Shown here one piece after another: positions 13,081 to 64,000 of a stretch of DNA of 64,000 bases. Source of the DNA: Callorhinchus milii. Taxonomy: Eukaryota. A program made the position numbers and the translations under genes. The notes beneath the pieces were generated by a model. The model saw nothing but the letters and a program-made list of their open reading frames with translations, had not been told where the DNA came from and searched no databases. How positions within the stretch are numbered: the first letter of the stretch is position 1; each line of letters opens with the position of its first letter. The DNA lies in contig NW_024704743.1 in assembly GCF_018977255.1 (NCBI RefSeq), positions 25,980,001-26,044,000 on the forward strand. The letters are read 5' to 3'.

Positions 13081-14884
13081 TCATACGTATAAAACATGGG
13101 GTAAGAAAGGAACATTCAGCCCATTAGCTTTCCACCTACATTGACCGTACAAAATTGACCATTCTATTGATTTCTGTCTTTCTATGGAAACTGTTGTATC
13201 GAACCTTCCTCTACTCCAAAGTTCATGAAGCAAGCTCTGGAAAATTCATCACCTCTGCTCATCAAGGCTGAGCTTCTATCCATAGAAGACATCTTGTATT
13301 CTTACTCCCACCTACCACTGTTTCAGCAATATCAAGGCCATTATACACCATATGATATTTCTGCATCTTAGTCTGCACCCATAACTTCCAGTACTGTTCT
13401 AATTCCAATGCAGAGCACTGCTATACACAATTACCTACAAATTCAGTCACTAGATTTAAAAAAAATAGAATCCTGTAAAGTGCTTACAGACATTTCAACA
13501 AATTGATAAGACCCTGTATCAAATGCAAGGATTTTTATTATTAATATTTACTTTTTAAAATAATGAATCAATTCAGCATTAACTTATAGTATGGAAACTT
13601 TGTTTCCTTTACAAACAAAAGGTTTTTGGTATGTTCTCTCATAACAAAGATCGTATTTATACAACAGTTACGTTTCGGTAGAGCACTGACATTTTACCTT
13701 GTTCATGCAGAAATGTGGTAAATTCCTTAATTCAGTTTTTTGTTCACAGAAGGAGAATCCTGCAGAGACTTTGATGAAGATTGTGCCCCTGTAATACAGT
13801 AATCTAATCATAATATATAATCTAATCATAGGGTTCAGTTGATGAATGCAGAACACTTGGATTCCATTATCATGGTTTATCACATCAAGTGAACCCTTCA
13901 ATTGGATTACTGCTTCATCCACCGATAACCATCACTCTCTATCCAAAAGTACTACCCTGGTAGTAAACATTTGCAATTCTCAAAGCAAAAATAACCTTGG
14001 AAACCTTTTATACCAGCTTGTGATTGATATCTTGCATTTGTTTATATTAAAATAGTGGTAACATGCACTTAATTGCATCAGTCTGAAAGATCTAAGGCAC
14101 TTAGATAAGTTAGTAGGAATTTACAACCACTATGAATAAAAGTTAGAATTGTGCCTGTTATACACCGTGGAAGGTCAAAGGCTTAAAGATTGTTGTACAA
14201 AGAGACATCAAAAAGTGCCTTACTAATTTATAATCCCAGGGGTTGGCAGTGCAGCAAAAGAAGTTGTCTTCATCAAATTAAAGAATAGGAATTTAAAGTT
14301 ATTACTTGAGCTCAGAGTCTAGGCTGACCCTGGGAGAGCAGAGCCCAGGTGGAGGTGCCATCTTCCAGAATCGACCTTGAACTGAGGTGCTGTCTATCTC
14401 TCCTCGGCTGGATTTTAAGCATGACATTGTTTGAGAAGAAAAGGGAATACATTCCCTGCATCCTGGTAAAAAANTCTCTTTTATTTGGTTATCCACTTTT
14501 TGACTGCCTGTAATGCAATGACCAATTTTATTGGAGGTAATTTTGGTCAGGCCACCAAGAGAAACTCCCTTCTCTTTTCAAACAGTGTCATAGGAACTTT
14601 AAAGTCCCTAACTGGACAGGCAGAGCAGACATTGAGTGGCAATCTAGACTATGAGAAAAAAGTCCAAACAGGGGACTTGAGATTTACATAAATGGTATAG
14701 CACAGAATCAGGCGATTAGTCCAGGCTGAACCAGTAGTTATACTCCACACGAGTCTCTACCCACTCCTTACACCTTCATGTACCCTTATTTCCCTTCTTC
14801 CTCATATTTAGCTTCCTCTTAAACATATCTATACAATCTGATTCAACCACCACTTTGGGCAGCGAATACTATGTTCTTATTACC

Positions 14885-15840
14885 CTCAAAACTTACCGCT
14901 CTGCCCTCGGCTCCACTAAATCTTCCTTCCACTCCAAGACAATCTTGGAACCCAAGCACAACCCCAGGCTACTCTTCTCTATCACCAACCGGCTCCTCCA
15001 CCCACCCTCTCACACCTCGCCCGTCCTCACCTCCAACGCCAACTGCGAGGAGATGCTGGATTTCCTCAAAATCAAATTTGAGGGGATCTGCTCAGCTGCC
15101 TCTGCCCTTCCATCTACTAGCCCCTCCCCATCTACCCCTCACACCCCGGGCCCTACCCATCCCTCCCTCCACACCTTCGAACCTGTCTCCCACTCTTCTC
15201 TCACCACCACTATAACCCACATGAAACCGACCACCTGCTCCCTCGACCCCGTCCCTACCGCCCCACCTTACCTTCCAGCTTCATGTCCTGCTTGTCAGCC
15301 TCCCCAACTCTCCCTCCATAGGCTGCAGATCATCTAGAACTCTGCAGCCCACGTCCTCTCCCGCACCAAGCCCTCCGACCCTATCACCCCCATCCTCCAT
15401 TGGCGTCTCATCACACAGAAGATACAGTTCAAGATCCTGGTTCTCACCTTAAAAGCCCTTCATGGCCTTGCTCCCTCCTACCTCTGAGATGTCCCAACCG
15501 CCTATCAACCTGCGCGTTCCCTCCACTCAGCATGCTCCGGGCTGCTTAACGTCCCCCGCCTCGTCCGCCCCACCATTGGTGGGCAGGCCATCCAGACACT
15601 CTGCCTGCACCCTCTGGAACTCCATCCAGTCTCTCCATCTCGCCTCTTCCCATGCTTTCTTCAAGACCCATCTCAAGACCCTCCTCTTCGACCGTGCCTA
15701 CGATCACCCTCCTTCCCCCACTGCCCTCCTCCCTCTCCGATCCCGACCCCCAGTTCGGGTCCAAAACACTGATTGTCCAGCGCCTTGGGACGTCCTCCCG
15801 ACATGAAAGACACTACAAATGTAATTTTCTTGTTGTTGTT
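14885..15840 (+). mobile_element. L2 LINE fragment with a large internal deletion (RT missing)
   Basis: Matches L2 2860-3245, then jumps at ~15290 to the 4265-4845 equivalent. Confidence 0.85.
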
Positions 15841-16479
15841 ACATGAATTAGTTCCTCCTAAATACTCTTTTAAATCCCCTAGTCAATACTTTATATTTGT
15901 GTCCCCTGGTTACAGACTCCCCAAAAAGTGGGACCAGCTTATTTATGCTATCTTTATAATTATAAATACCTCTATTAGGTCACCTCTTAAACACCTTCTC
16001 TCTAGCAAAAAAAGGCCAAACTTATCAAATCTCTCCTGACAGCAGTAACCTATCAGCCCTGGTATTATTCTAATATCCTTAGTCTGGGTATATTCAAAGA
16101 GATTTGTTTTTAAGTGAAATTTGTCTAACTTTCCATTTTCTATTGGATTTTTTAAAAGCATAAAGTATGAAATATACAGTAGATTCAAATTCTAAGGTTG
16201 TTTCAAATGCCAATTGCACACAGTAGTGTCCCACCATCAGCCTTGGACTGAGTGACCACATCATTTTATTTATTTTGAAGATAGTATTACCCCGGAAAAG
16301 CGATTCGCCAATCGACTAACAACCGAGTTTCTACTTACTGCTGGGTAAACAGAGGCATGTGGAGTAAGGAAACTTACCTAACGTTTCACACTGCTGGGAA
16401 TCAAACCCAGGTCCTCTTGCTTGAGAGCTGAGTGCTCTTGCCTCGCAAGCAAGGACTAACCACAGATGGGGAACTTAGT

Positions 16480-16788
16480 GGAGTCCTGTAGCTCAGTGGT
16501 TAGAGCACTCGCTTTACAAGTGAGAGACCTGAGTTTAATCCCAGGCAGGGCGAGACCTTGGGCAAGTTTCCTTACTCCACACGCCTAATAATAATCCCTC
16601 CAAAAAAAGCAATAATAAATTGGTCATTTTCAATCCATGACTGTTTGTGGGACACTGCTGTGCGCAATTGGGTGCTGCGTTCGCCCACAAATATATAGTC
16701 AATTCACTTTACAGTATATTCTGTGAAGCGCTTTGGGACGTCTAGAAGACGTGAAAGCGCTATATCAAATGCAAGGATTATTATTATT
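16480..16788 (+). mobile_element. SINE family A, head-to-head with a minus-strand long variant (~16210-16465)
   Basis: Same head, body and tail as 7131-7462. Confidence 0.9.
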
Positions 16789-17439
16789 AAAGGTGTTATT
16801 CAAATCTAGACCCTGTTTTAAAGACTCTTTTGGTATGTTGTGGGCACAAATTGTTACAATATAACTCAGACTGGCTAACTCTGTTACTGTCAAATACATT
16901 TCCTTATCCATGAGATGATTCTACACCCCCCCACTACCAACACCTGAACCGGGAGTTTGAAGTTCTGTTGAAATAAGTTGAAAGCCACACGTTGTTCAAG
17001 CATCAACTTCCTTTTAATAAAGGAAAAGTCAGATAATAATGCTGAACAAAATCTCTACCTAGCAACTGCTATTAGGCCAATTCAGTTGTTTATGTACAAA
17101 AGATAATTAACTGATGAAGTGACCAATGTAAAAGGTAGATGATAACAATAATAACCCTTGCATGTGATATAGCGCCTTATCACATCATTGAGACATCTCA
17201 AAGTGCTACACAAAAATATACTGTAAAGTGTAGTGACTGAAATGCTGCACCTTCAGGAGTACCGTGGCTGGAGTTCCTAAGAATGACCATGAATTTTACA
17301 TTCTACTTCATGCAAGGAATAAATGTATTTAATGAAGAAGCCTTGCCTCTGTGTACAAAGTAAGCATTTACAAAAGCCTTTAGTATTTAAAAAAACTGCA
17401 ATTAGGCTATCAGTAGTGTTGCTTTCGTTGATTAAGCGG

Positions 17440-17995
17440 GGGCTCCTTCGAGCTGAACTGGCTCCAAGGTCAAATGCTGGCACTGGAATGTCAGAATCAA
17501 GCCCAGCCCTCTGTGGCCTTCTCAATAGTCTGGTTCCTGAGCCAAGTGGGTCCGCAGTATTCCAGGGCACTGCTGATGCCACCACAGCCGGCCTGGCTAT
17601 TCGGCAGGATCTGGAAGGGCAGACCAGTTACTGGGGCTCGGGTGTCATCCTATTCAGCTCCTATTAACCCTGCAAGCCAAAGCCCCAATGGGTAGGGTGG
17701 TCCTAGCTGAGCAAGCAACGGGAAAGCTTGCTGGACAGCAATATCAATGGCAAGCTATGCGGTTTTAGATGGTTAGACTCCAGCAGTATCCCAACACAAA
17801 CTCTGAGATTCCCAAGCCTTGGCTCTTGCCAACCTGGGCCTTATATTTTCCAGAATTAGGTAAGCAGGATGCGTCTGTCCAGGGAGAGAGTGCACATTAA
17901 ATTCCAACAATCTATCTCTGGGATTTCCATGTGTAGGTGGGATGCATGGAAATCTCAGCTTGGTTTGGATACTCTAAAGCACGGTGATGTGTCAG
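17440..17995 (+). repeat. Unclassified repeat family C, long copy
   Basis: Colinear similarity with 31100-31650 over ~550 bp. Confidence 0.8.
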
Positions 17996-18472
17996 AGTAA
18001 TAAGTAAAAATTTGATTTTTTTTCAGAAATCCTATTCCATTGGTATTTTTTCTTATGAACAACAAATATCTTAAATAAAAGTGCGCCTGACTGAACCCTA
18101 TGACACTGAAGAGGAAGATTAGCAGGAAGGATACTTTGACTTTTCTGAGACACAATATTGCCATCTGGTGTTTGCACTGTGAAGCGATCACCAGGTAATT
18201 TACACTTACTCTGTGAAAGCAGGAATGAATGATAATTCAATTTGGAATAGTTCAAGCTCTTTACACAGCATCGTGGCAATAATTAGTCCTATTTAACGCT
18301 TGAGAATGCAACAATGCCTGCAAATCAGTGTCTGAAATGACCAGTGAAGTAAGCCCACAAGCTTTATAACTGCACAAAATTGTCAGAATGGAATCAATGA
18401 GTTAAAATCACTTCTGAAAGATGTATGTAGGAACAATCCTCAGAGAGCAAACGGTCATTGTTGAGGTGATAT

Positions 18473-18855
18473 AATAATAATAATCCTTGCATTTAATATA
18501 GCGCTTTATCACGTCTTTGAGACATCTCAAAGCGCTTCATAGAATGTTCTGTAAAGTGAATTGACTCTATATTTTGTGAGCGAAACACAGCAGTCAACTG
18601 CTGCTGTGTTTTGCCCACAAATAGTGTCCCACATGCAGTCGTGGATTGAAGTGACCTATTTATTCTTTTTTTAAAGGCATTGTTACCCTGGAAAAGTGTT
18701 TTGCCAATTGACTAAAAAATGGGTTCCTATTTACTGCTAGGTAAACAGAGGTGTGTGGAGTAAGGAAACTTGCCCAACATTTCTCCCTGCCGGGAATCAA
18801 ACCCAGGTCACTTGCTTGTAAGTTGAGTGCTCTAAGCACTGAGCTACAGGACTCC
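18473..18855 (-). mobile_element. SINE family A, long variant
   Basis: tRNA-like head plus an extra ~60-nt segment (cctctgtttacctagcagtaaatagg...) absent from the short copies. Confidence 0.85.
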
Positions 18856-19192
18856 ACAATATGTCAAATAGGGGCAAGTGTAACAGCGAGATTTTAAACA
18901 TTCGTGGATACAGTACTAGAAATTGGAAATGAGGCATAAAAATGTTTGAAAAACACACTGGATAAATCAGCGTCTGGAAAAGAAAGGTGGGGCCACAGGA
19001 AGGCAGGTAGAACTATGAATACAGTTGGCAATCTGGAGGATTATGTTTGAAGCCTGCAATTTACCCAACTCTTCAGCAAGTTTAAAATTGTTCCACGTTC
19101 TCCAACCTGCTCCCTCCTCTCCTTGTTCTCTCCATTCCCGATAACCATTCCTATTCCTAAAAGTCACTATGTTTTGGTTTCCTTGCTTCTTC

Positions 19193-19495
19193 ATAATAAT
19201 AATAATAGTAATAATCCTTGCATTTGATATAGGACTTTTCATGTCAGGAGGACGTCCCAAAGCGCTTCACAGAACACACTGTAAAGTTAATTGACTGTAT
19301 ATTTGTGGGCGAACGCGGCAGCCAATTGCACACAGCAATGTCCCACAAACAGTCGTAGATTGAAAATGACCAATTTATTATTGTTTTTGGAGGGATTATT
19401 ATTAGGCGTGTGGAGTAAGGAAACTTGCCCTAGGTTTCGCCCTGCCTGGAATTGAACTCAGGTCTCTCACTTGCAAAGCGAGTGCTCTAACTACT
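19193..19495 (-). mobile_element. SINE family A
   Basis: Near-identical to 7131-7445. Confidence 0.9.
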
Positions 19496-20179
19496 GTCTT
19501 TTAACATGTCTTGCTTTCTTTAAGCACATTTGAAGACCTTCCGGTGTTTGTTTCACCATGTTCAGGCGATACAACGCCAAGCTCCACAATGGGTCTGGGG
19601 ATCAGCGACAGCTAAAGTACTAGATAAATCTAGAATGTCATCCCCTTAACACGGACAGAAACTCTAGCATTCTGTGTAATACAATCAGATTTTTACTTAT
19701 AATAATAATTCTTGCATTTGAAATAGTGTTTATCATGACGTCTTAAAGCACATCACACAATTTACTGTAGAGTGGTGTGACTGTGTATTTTGTGGGGGAA
19801 CCTGCAGCCAAATCTGTGTACAGCAATGTCCCCACAAACAGTCATGAAGTGAATGAGGGGACTCGGGGCCAGGAAATTTCTCTTTCAAATAGTGCCCTGG
19901 GATATTTAATTTCCACGTGAACAGGCAGATAGGACCTTGGTTTAACAGCTCATCCAAAGTACATTAGCACACCCCAGCACAGTATTGGAACATCAGCAAC
20001 TGACTCTCTGTCAAGGTGCCATAAACAGTGGGCCTGATAATCATTGATACCTCCTCGTACAGCATGATTAACCGATTTTATTGGCTAGATTATGCAAGAT
20101 AGTAGCAATTGTGCAAAATAGAGAGAATTGCCCTGGTGTGAGCGTGACAACACTCCCACTCCTTTACAATTCAGTAATA

Positions 20180-20787
20180 GCTCCACCTCTGCCACATTGC
20201 CCGCCTCCCACCGTACCTCATCCCAAATGCAGCCAAAACCCTCGCGGGTGCATTTGTCATCTCCCGCCTGGATTATTCAAACACACTCCTCGCCGGTCTT
20301 CCCAGCTCCACTATTCAAAAACTCCAGCTCATTCAGAACTCTCACCAATCTCACCAGTTCTGGCCAGGCTCCTCTGACTCCCCATCACTGAATGGATCGA
20401 TTTCAAGATCATCACACTTGTGTTCAAATCCATTCACTCTCTGGCAGCTCCCTACCTCTCCGATCTCCTCACTCCCCAAACCACCACCCAGCGCCTCCAC
20501 TCGACTGCCACTGTCCTCCTGCTCGTCCTTCGAATCCTCCTCTGCACCAATGGAGGTTGTGCTTTCAACCACTATGCCCCGAAACTCGGGAACACTCTCC
20601 CTCAATCCCTCCGCCTTGCCCTCTCCCATTTTTCAAGTACCAACTGTAAACCTTCCTGTTCAACTGTGCTTACGGTCACCTCCCACATCCCCACCCACTC
20701 CGGCTCAAAGTCAGGCTCCACCACTGTTAAGCGCTCTGAGACACTATCCTGTCTGGAGGGCACTATATAAGTGCAAGTTGTTGTTGT
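20180..20787 (+). mobile_element. L2 3' fragment
   Basis: Similar to L2 4170-4845; GTT tail. Confidence 0.8.
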
Positions 20788-21814
20788 AGCTGATGAAAGT
20801 AATTGGATTCATCTCCAAGTCATTTGCTTCATTGATGTAGTTGAGCCACTGGTGTTAAAATTGTTCCCTTTTGTTCAATGCTTATTATAAACAATGGCCA
20901 TTGTCAGCATTGCAATACTGAACTAAGTATCTGCATTTACTTGAGCCTCTCAGTTACATTAGATGTCAGCCTGTGCTCAGTTGTTAACCCTGTAACCTCT
21001 GACTCAAAGGTTTCTGGGTTCAAGGCCAAGTCAGGACTTTGAACTCACATAGTCTAGTCTGACACTCCAATACAGTACTGAGGGTAATGTGTTGGTGCAC
21101 ATTCCATTCTAGGCACAGGGAAATTCCCATTTGTAGGTGCACACATATGTGAAACTCTCTGACTGGTTTGAATACTCTTTGCATGGTGACGGGTGTCCAT
21201 ATGTGTCAGAAACCTGGCTGACCACAAAGAGGTCTCTCTTCAGCACCCTCTACTTTCTATGTGTGTGTATTAGGCAATCAGGTCGAAAGAAGTCAATCTC
21301 AGTTGTGGTACTCTCTACAGTCCAGTTGAGTGATTCACTGACACTCATTGCTAAGGCTCACGCGTGAGCAATTGTCACTCGGCGGATGACTGTGGAACCC
21401 CAGTAGAGCAAGTGAAGGCCAGACAAGGAGCAGTGAGGCATCTGCCAATGGGGAGACTTTACAAAGAAAAATTAGCCATATTAAATTTAAACATACCTTC
21501 AACACAATCAATGTTTTAGAAATGCAATAATTATACATTTGTTAAGAAATACTATAAATCAACCTAAACTTTGTTTGGTTAGGTGACTCTCAGGGAATCA
21601 CTCCGAGCAATCATTATTCTTTGGCCCTGTTTTAAGGTTAAAGGCTACATTACAGATTTAGTCTAGATCTTATTGCAAGTGACAATCAAGCTTTCTCAAA
21701 TCTAGCTGTTGCTGCAGGGATATATACATTTACAAAGTGTAAAGTTTTAGTAACTGCAATGGTGCCCATTAACTTTTTAAACAGTCACAGTCCAGAGGCC
21801 AAGTTGTTAACAGA

Positions 21815-22255
21815 AACAATACAATACAAAATTACAATTGTATAGCGCCTTTCACGTCAGGAGAACATCCCAAGGTGCATGGACAGTCATGGATTTGGAC
21901 CCGAGCTGGGGAGTGTTGGAATAAGGAAGAGTGGAGGACAGGGAGGGTAGGGGTAGGAGGGTTGTTGAAGGCACGGTCGAGGAGAAAGGTCTTGAGAAGT
22001 GCCTTGAAGGAGGCAAGGGAGGGAGCAAGGTGAAGGGAATGTGGGATGGAGTTCCAAAGGGTGGGAGAAGAGAGGCTGAAGGCTCAAACGCCAATGGTGG
22101 GGCAGGCCGGGTGGGGGACGTGGAGCAGGCCGGAGCCTGCTTTTCGGAAGGTGTGGACAAGTTGATATGGGGTCAGCAGGTCACAGAGGTAGGAAGGAGC
22201 AAGGTCGCGGAGGCCCTTGAAGGCGAAAACTAGGATTTTGAACTCTATCCTCTGG
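21815..22255 (-). mobile_element. L2 3' fragment
   Basis: Antisense of the L2 3' end. Confidence 0.8.
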
Positions 22256-23118
22256 GATAACATTAGAGATAACCACAGTTACAACATAGGAGCTGGAGCC
22301 CTGCCTAGAGAGATAACACGGGCTATAAATGGCACTTCTAAAGACACATAATCTCAAACCACATGAGGAAAATATAATGCTCCCATCCCTTCTTGCAATA
22401 AATGCCATTGTGAAACAGCTTAGCCACTATGCCCCCACCCTCTGGAACTCCCTCTTCCTACCTCTTCATCTCATCTTCCCCAATTGTCTTTAAATCCTGT
22501 ATAAAAACAATACAATACTTCACAAGAGTTTACAAGTCTAGTGACTATGTATTTATAGGCAAAGGTGGCAGCCTGTTTGCACACAGTAATGTTCCATAAA
22601 CAGCCATGAAATGAATGTCTAATTTTATTTGGGGGATTGTTGGCCAGGACACCGGAGAAACTTCCTTCTGTTTTCAAATAGTGGCATGGGATATTTAACA
22701 TCCACCTGTATAGGCAGATGGGACCTTGGTTTAACATCTCATCAGAAGGATGGCATCTCCAACAATACAGCACGCCCCCAGGGCTGCATTGAAATGTCAG
22801 CATGTCAGCTTTCAAGTCCCAATATAGGGCTTGAACCAAAAACCTTCCAACTCACAGACAAGAGTCCTACCAACTGATCATAAGGAAGGATACATGAGGG
22901 ACCAATGGAACCATACCATAACTCCTTCAGGAGAGGTGAGAAAATGGGAAGAAAATTAGGCTATCCTTGATGTGTTCAATGCTTGGAACCAGCAAAAGCT
23001 TAGGTTATTCTGAAAGGATGAGATCAAATGCCTCTAAAGGTCTTCATTATTTAAATTGTTTTTGTGATCTCTAATGAACTAAGATTTAATGTTGAACATC
23101 AATAACTGTGTGATGGTG

Positions 23119-23150
<32 letters not shown>

Positions 23151-23794
23151 CCTTACATTTGGTATTGCACCATTCATGTCAGAAGGACATCTCAAAGCAG
23201 TTCACAGGATATAATCCTTGCATAATAATAATCCTTGCATTTGATATAGCGCTTTTCACGTCGGGAGGACGTCCCAAAGCGCTTCACAGAACACACTGTA
23301 AAGTGAATTGACTGTATATTTGTGGGCGAACGTGGCAGCCAATTGCGCACAGCAATGTCCCACAAACAGTCGTAGATTGAAAATGACCGATTTTTATTCT
23401 TGTTTTGTTTTGGAGGGATATGCAGTAAAGTGCAGTCACTGTGTTTTGTGATCATAACATACATGTTTTAAACGCTGGAGTGTCCATATACATAGATACA
23501 TATCTGTACAGATTGTATAATTGATTCTTTCTATAACAGTATTTACTTCACCCATATTTTATGCTTCATGAGATTTGTAAAGTTTAAAAGGTAGGCTATC
23601 CATTTTTGTGATTCAATTGTGAATTTATTCAAAAAAACTTATCTAATCTCTAAAGTATATTATACAGCAATTCACGTCCACATGGATGAGACCAAAGATT
23701 AAAGTTTCAACTGATAAGGAAAGGTAACAACTGGTAAGACTTTTTAACAGACAGCAAATGCTCTGAGAGGCTTGGTCTACTAGATTTTGCCACG

Positions 23795-61587
<37,793 letters not shown>

Positions 61588-61756
61588 AAAAAAAACATGT
61601 TTTTATTTCAACTTTGTACAAAATATTTGGTTTTTTCAAGTTAACCATTAAAAAAAACGTAGCAAGAGTGGAAAAATCTGATCCAAAGATAACAATATCC
61701 TGAGATAACAAAGGGTTTAAATTGTGTAATGGGTTAAATGGCAGCAATCGGTGAAC

Positions 61757-61762
61757 AATAAA
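61757..61762 (+). terminator. Candidate polyadenylation signal of the esterase gene
   Basis: First AATAAA after the stop codon; alternatives are ATTAAA at 61647 and AATAAA at 62003. Confidence 0.35.
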
Positions 61763-62904
61763 TCCACCACTCTCCTCCACTCTGGAACTCCCGTTTCATC
61801 TAACATACTGAACCAAGCGCACTTCAAAATTAAAAATAGATGTCTCACCAGCTTGGATTTTTGCATGCTTCACACATATTCCGATTACAAACTGCTTTTT
61901 ACACCCTCCTCCCCCACTCCTCAAATCTTTCGACTCTACATTTTAATTTAAAAATAAGTACAAAACGCTCAAATCAGAAGGCAAAAATCACACACGTTGT
62001 AAAATAAATGCCCTTCATCTCTGGAAAGCGCCGTCTATTGTTGGGTATGGTTCCCTCGACAGCCGTCTCCTTGACTGTGACCATTATTTATGTGCGAGGC
62101 TCAACAGTGAGTACCGACAGGCTGTTTGACAATGTGGGGGGGACTTTCATGAGTTGAAACCCTGGCATAATTGTTCTACTTTCCATCCGGGCTACAGCCA
62201 ACTGAAGCAGCCCAACCTCTGGCCTGGCTCAGGTCAGCTAACTGAGCACAGAGCAGCATAGCAAGAAATAAACTCCTGTCACCGTCTGATTTGCAGGACT
62301 GAACGGCAGTACACTGTGCGTGGCCCTTGTCCACTGGCCACCGGTTGAGCTGGTTTTACAAGTGTAGAGCAAGAGTAGCGTACGTGGGAAGATGATTGAT
62401 GGAGCTGTGAAGGTCAGGGCACATGGAATGATAGACCGCAGGCTAACACTTGCAAACGGTGGCACTACAGGCAGGGAGACTGATCAAAATCATGTGTGTT
62501 AACAAGGGAAGCTTCCCAACACTGAAGGCCAGTCCTGCAGTGGGAGGGCTGAACAACAAGCAGACAACACAACACTGGGCAGCTCTACAGCAGCCCATTC
62601 CCACCCAAGCATCCAGTTCACAAAACAGACAACGGCAAGGAAGGAGGCCCTGGGGGAAAGAGGTGAGCTGCTCACAGCCTGCACGAGTCTCGTGAAGAGA
62701 CCGTGAGAGGAGGCAAGTGACTTGGAAAGAAATGTGCTTGCTCTCGGGATATGATCCCGAGGCTAAGGGAAAAATCCAGCTATTCAGAACACATTGCTGG
62801 GAGGAGCTTTGCCGAGAGTACGGAGGGGGTTTCTGTGAGTAAGGAGCAGCACACCTTGAATTACGTGTCTCGAGACACCTAAGTGCTTTCTGCACCTGAT
62901 ATCT

Positions 62905-63000
62905 TTATATCTCGCTGTTTAATTTCTTCTTCTCTTCAAACTGCCTGTCCACGATCTTGGACAGAGCTTCCAGAAACTTCTCGACTGTTGCAGATGGCGA
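62905..63000 (-). CDS. Possible terminal coding exon of an unidentified convergent gene
   Basis: Minus-strand pyrimidine-rich acceptor ttttttctccaccttgtctcctcag followed by SPSATVEKFLEALSKIVDRQFEEKKKLNSEI-TAA (amphipathic, coding-like), then non-repetitive UTR-like sequence. Confidence 0.4.
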   Translation of the reverse strand, partial: SPSATVEKFLEALSKIVDRQFEEKKKLNSEI

Positions 63001-63429
63001 CTGAGGAGACAAGGTGGAGAAAAAAATGAGCAGAACACATAAGCATGAGCAAAACAACTCCAAGGCACTATTTTTCCATGCATTTTTGAGGGCCCAGATC
63101 AGCAGCCACAACTGAAGCAGATAAAGTCCATTTAACATGAGCTGAATAATGCAGCAAAATCTTTCAACATCAGACACCAATGCCAGTTACGTATTTACAG
63201 ACTGTCCGTTATAGTATGCAGTATTATTGCTTTTAAGACAAATTGACATGCTATAGCTTTGCACTGGACGTAATGAGGTCAGTTCACAGATCAATTTGAT
63301 ACTTAACCTCATTGAATAGTGTTTATGCCTCTCTCTCCTTTCCCAGACTTTGTTCTCAATTGTGACGTCTATGAAGTTGGACTGAATGCCGTTTATTACC
63401 AGGCTTTTCATGGTTTTAGTTCACTGAAC

Positions 63430-63666
63430 ACAAAACCATTTTCACAGTGAGTTGTTCGGATCTGGAATGCATTGCCTGAAAGTGTGGTGGAAGCTGATTC
63501 AATAACAACTTTTAAGAGAGAAGTAGATAATTATTTGGGGAGGACAAGTTTGCAGGGCTATGGGGAGAGAGCGGGGCAGTGGGATTGAATTGGACAGCTC
63601 TTTTCAAAGAGCCGGCACAGACACGATGGGCCGAATGGCTTCCTTCTGTGCTGTATAATTCTATGA
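63430..63666 (+). mobile_element. CR1-clade LINE 3' end
   Basis: tggaatgcattgcctgaaagtgtggtggaagc...gatgggccgaatggcttccttctgtgctgta..ttctatga, a CR1-type terminus. Confidence 0.8.
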
Positions 63667-64000
63667 AAGGCTGGTGTCCTGCTTAATGATAGTCAAAGGT
63701 CACAATTCACAAGTGCAATGCAGCTTCATGCAATTCAACACCGAGAACAGCATTGGGGAGGGAGGAAATGGGCAATTAGGCTACTGTCTTATTAGAAAGA
63801 TCACAAGGGAGGTTCAGATGAAGAAGGCATTTCAGCTCATCTGATCCCATTCTTCCTGAATACCCACCTGACATCTGGGACGCTACCCGGTATGAAGGGA
63901 GTAGTAAGTTATAATTGTAAGTTGTTGTTGTTTTGTTGACCTTCCTCCCATTACAGCATCAAGCTATTCTTAAATGGCTAATCACTCCCAAGATTTAATT

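Noticed and set aside
63347..63450. Plus-strand acceptor (ctctctcctttcccag) as an additional exon
   Set aside because: It lies downstream of the stop and polyA signals, the peptide is unrecognisable and it runs into CR1 sequence.

Overview
Vertebrate genomic DNA with a repeat content (L2 and CR1 LINEs, tRNA-derived SINEs with L2-type tails) suggestive of a cartilaginous fish; this assignment is inferred, not proven. The first ~23.7 kb is almost entirely retroelement debris. From 23795 to 61587 on the + strand I can splice by hand 18 GT-AG exons whose phases all match, giving one 5163-nt ORF (1720 aa). It encodes a signal peptide, THREE tandem type-B carboxylesterase/cholinesterase-fold domains, a Thr-rich stalk, one transmembrane helix and a ~36-aa tail ending in a class I PDZ-type motif (QTWF). 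Only the middle domain, which is CEL/bile-salt-activated-lipase-like, keeps a full Ser-Asp-His triad. Domain 1 has His->Asn. Domain 3 has Ser->Gly (GHGAG, neuroligin-like) and HGG->HPG. This membrane-anchored pseudoesterase/lipase/pseudoesterase triple is the main candidate for an undescribed system. Smaller observations: a 61-nt templated copy of exon 15 inside an intronic SINE, a Tigger-like MITE, an unclassified repeat with a conserved hairpin, and a possible convergent gene end at the right edge.
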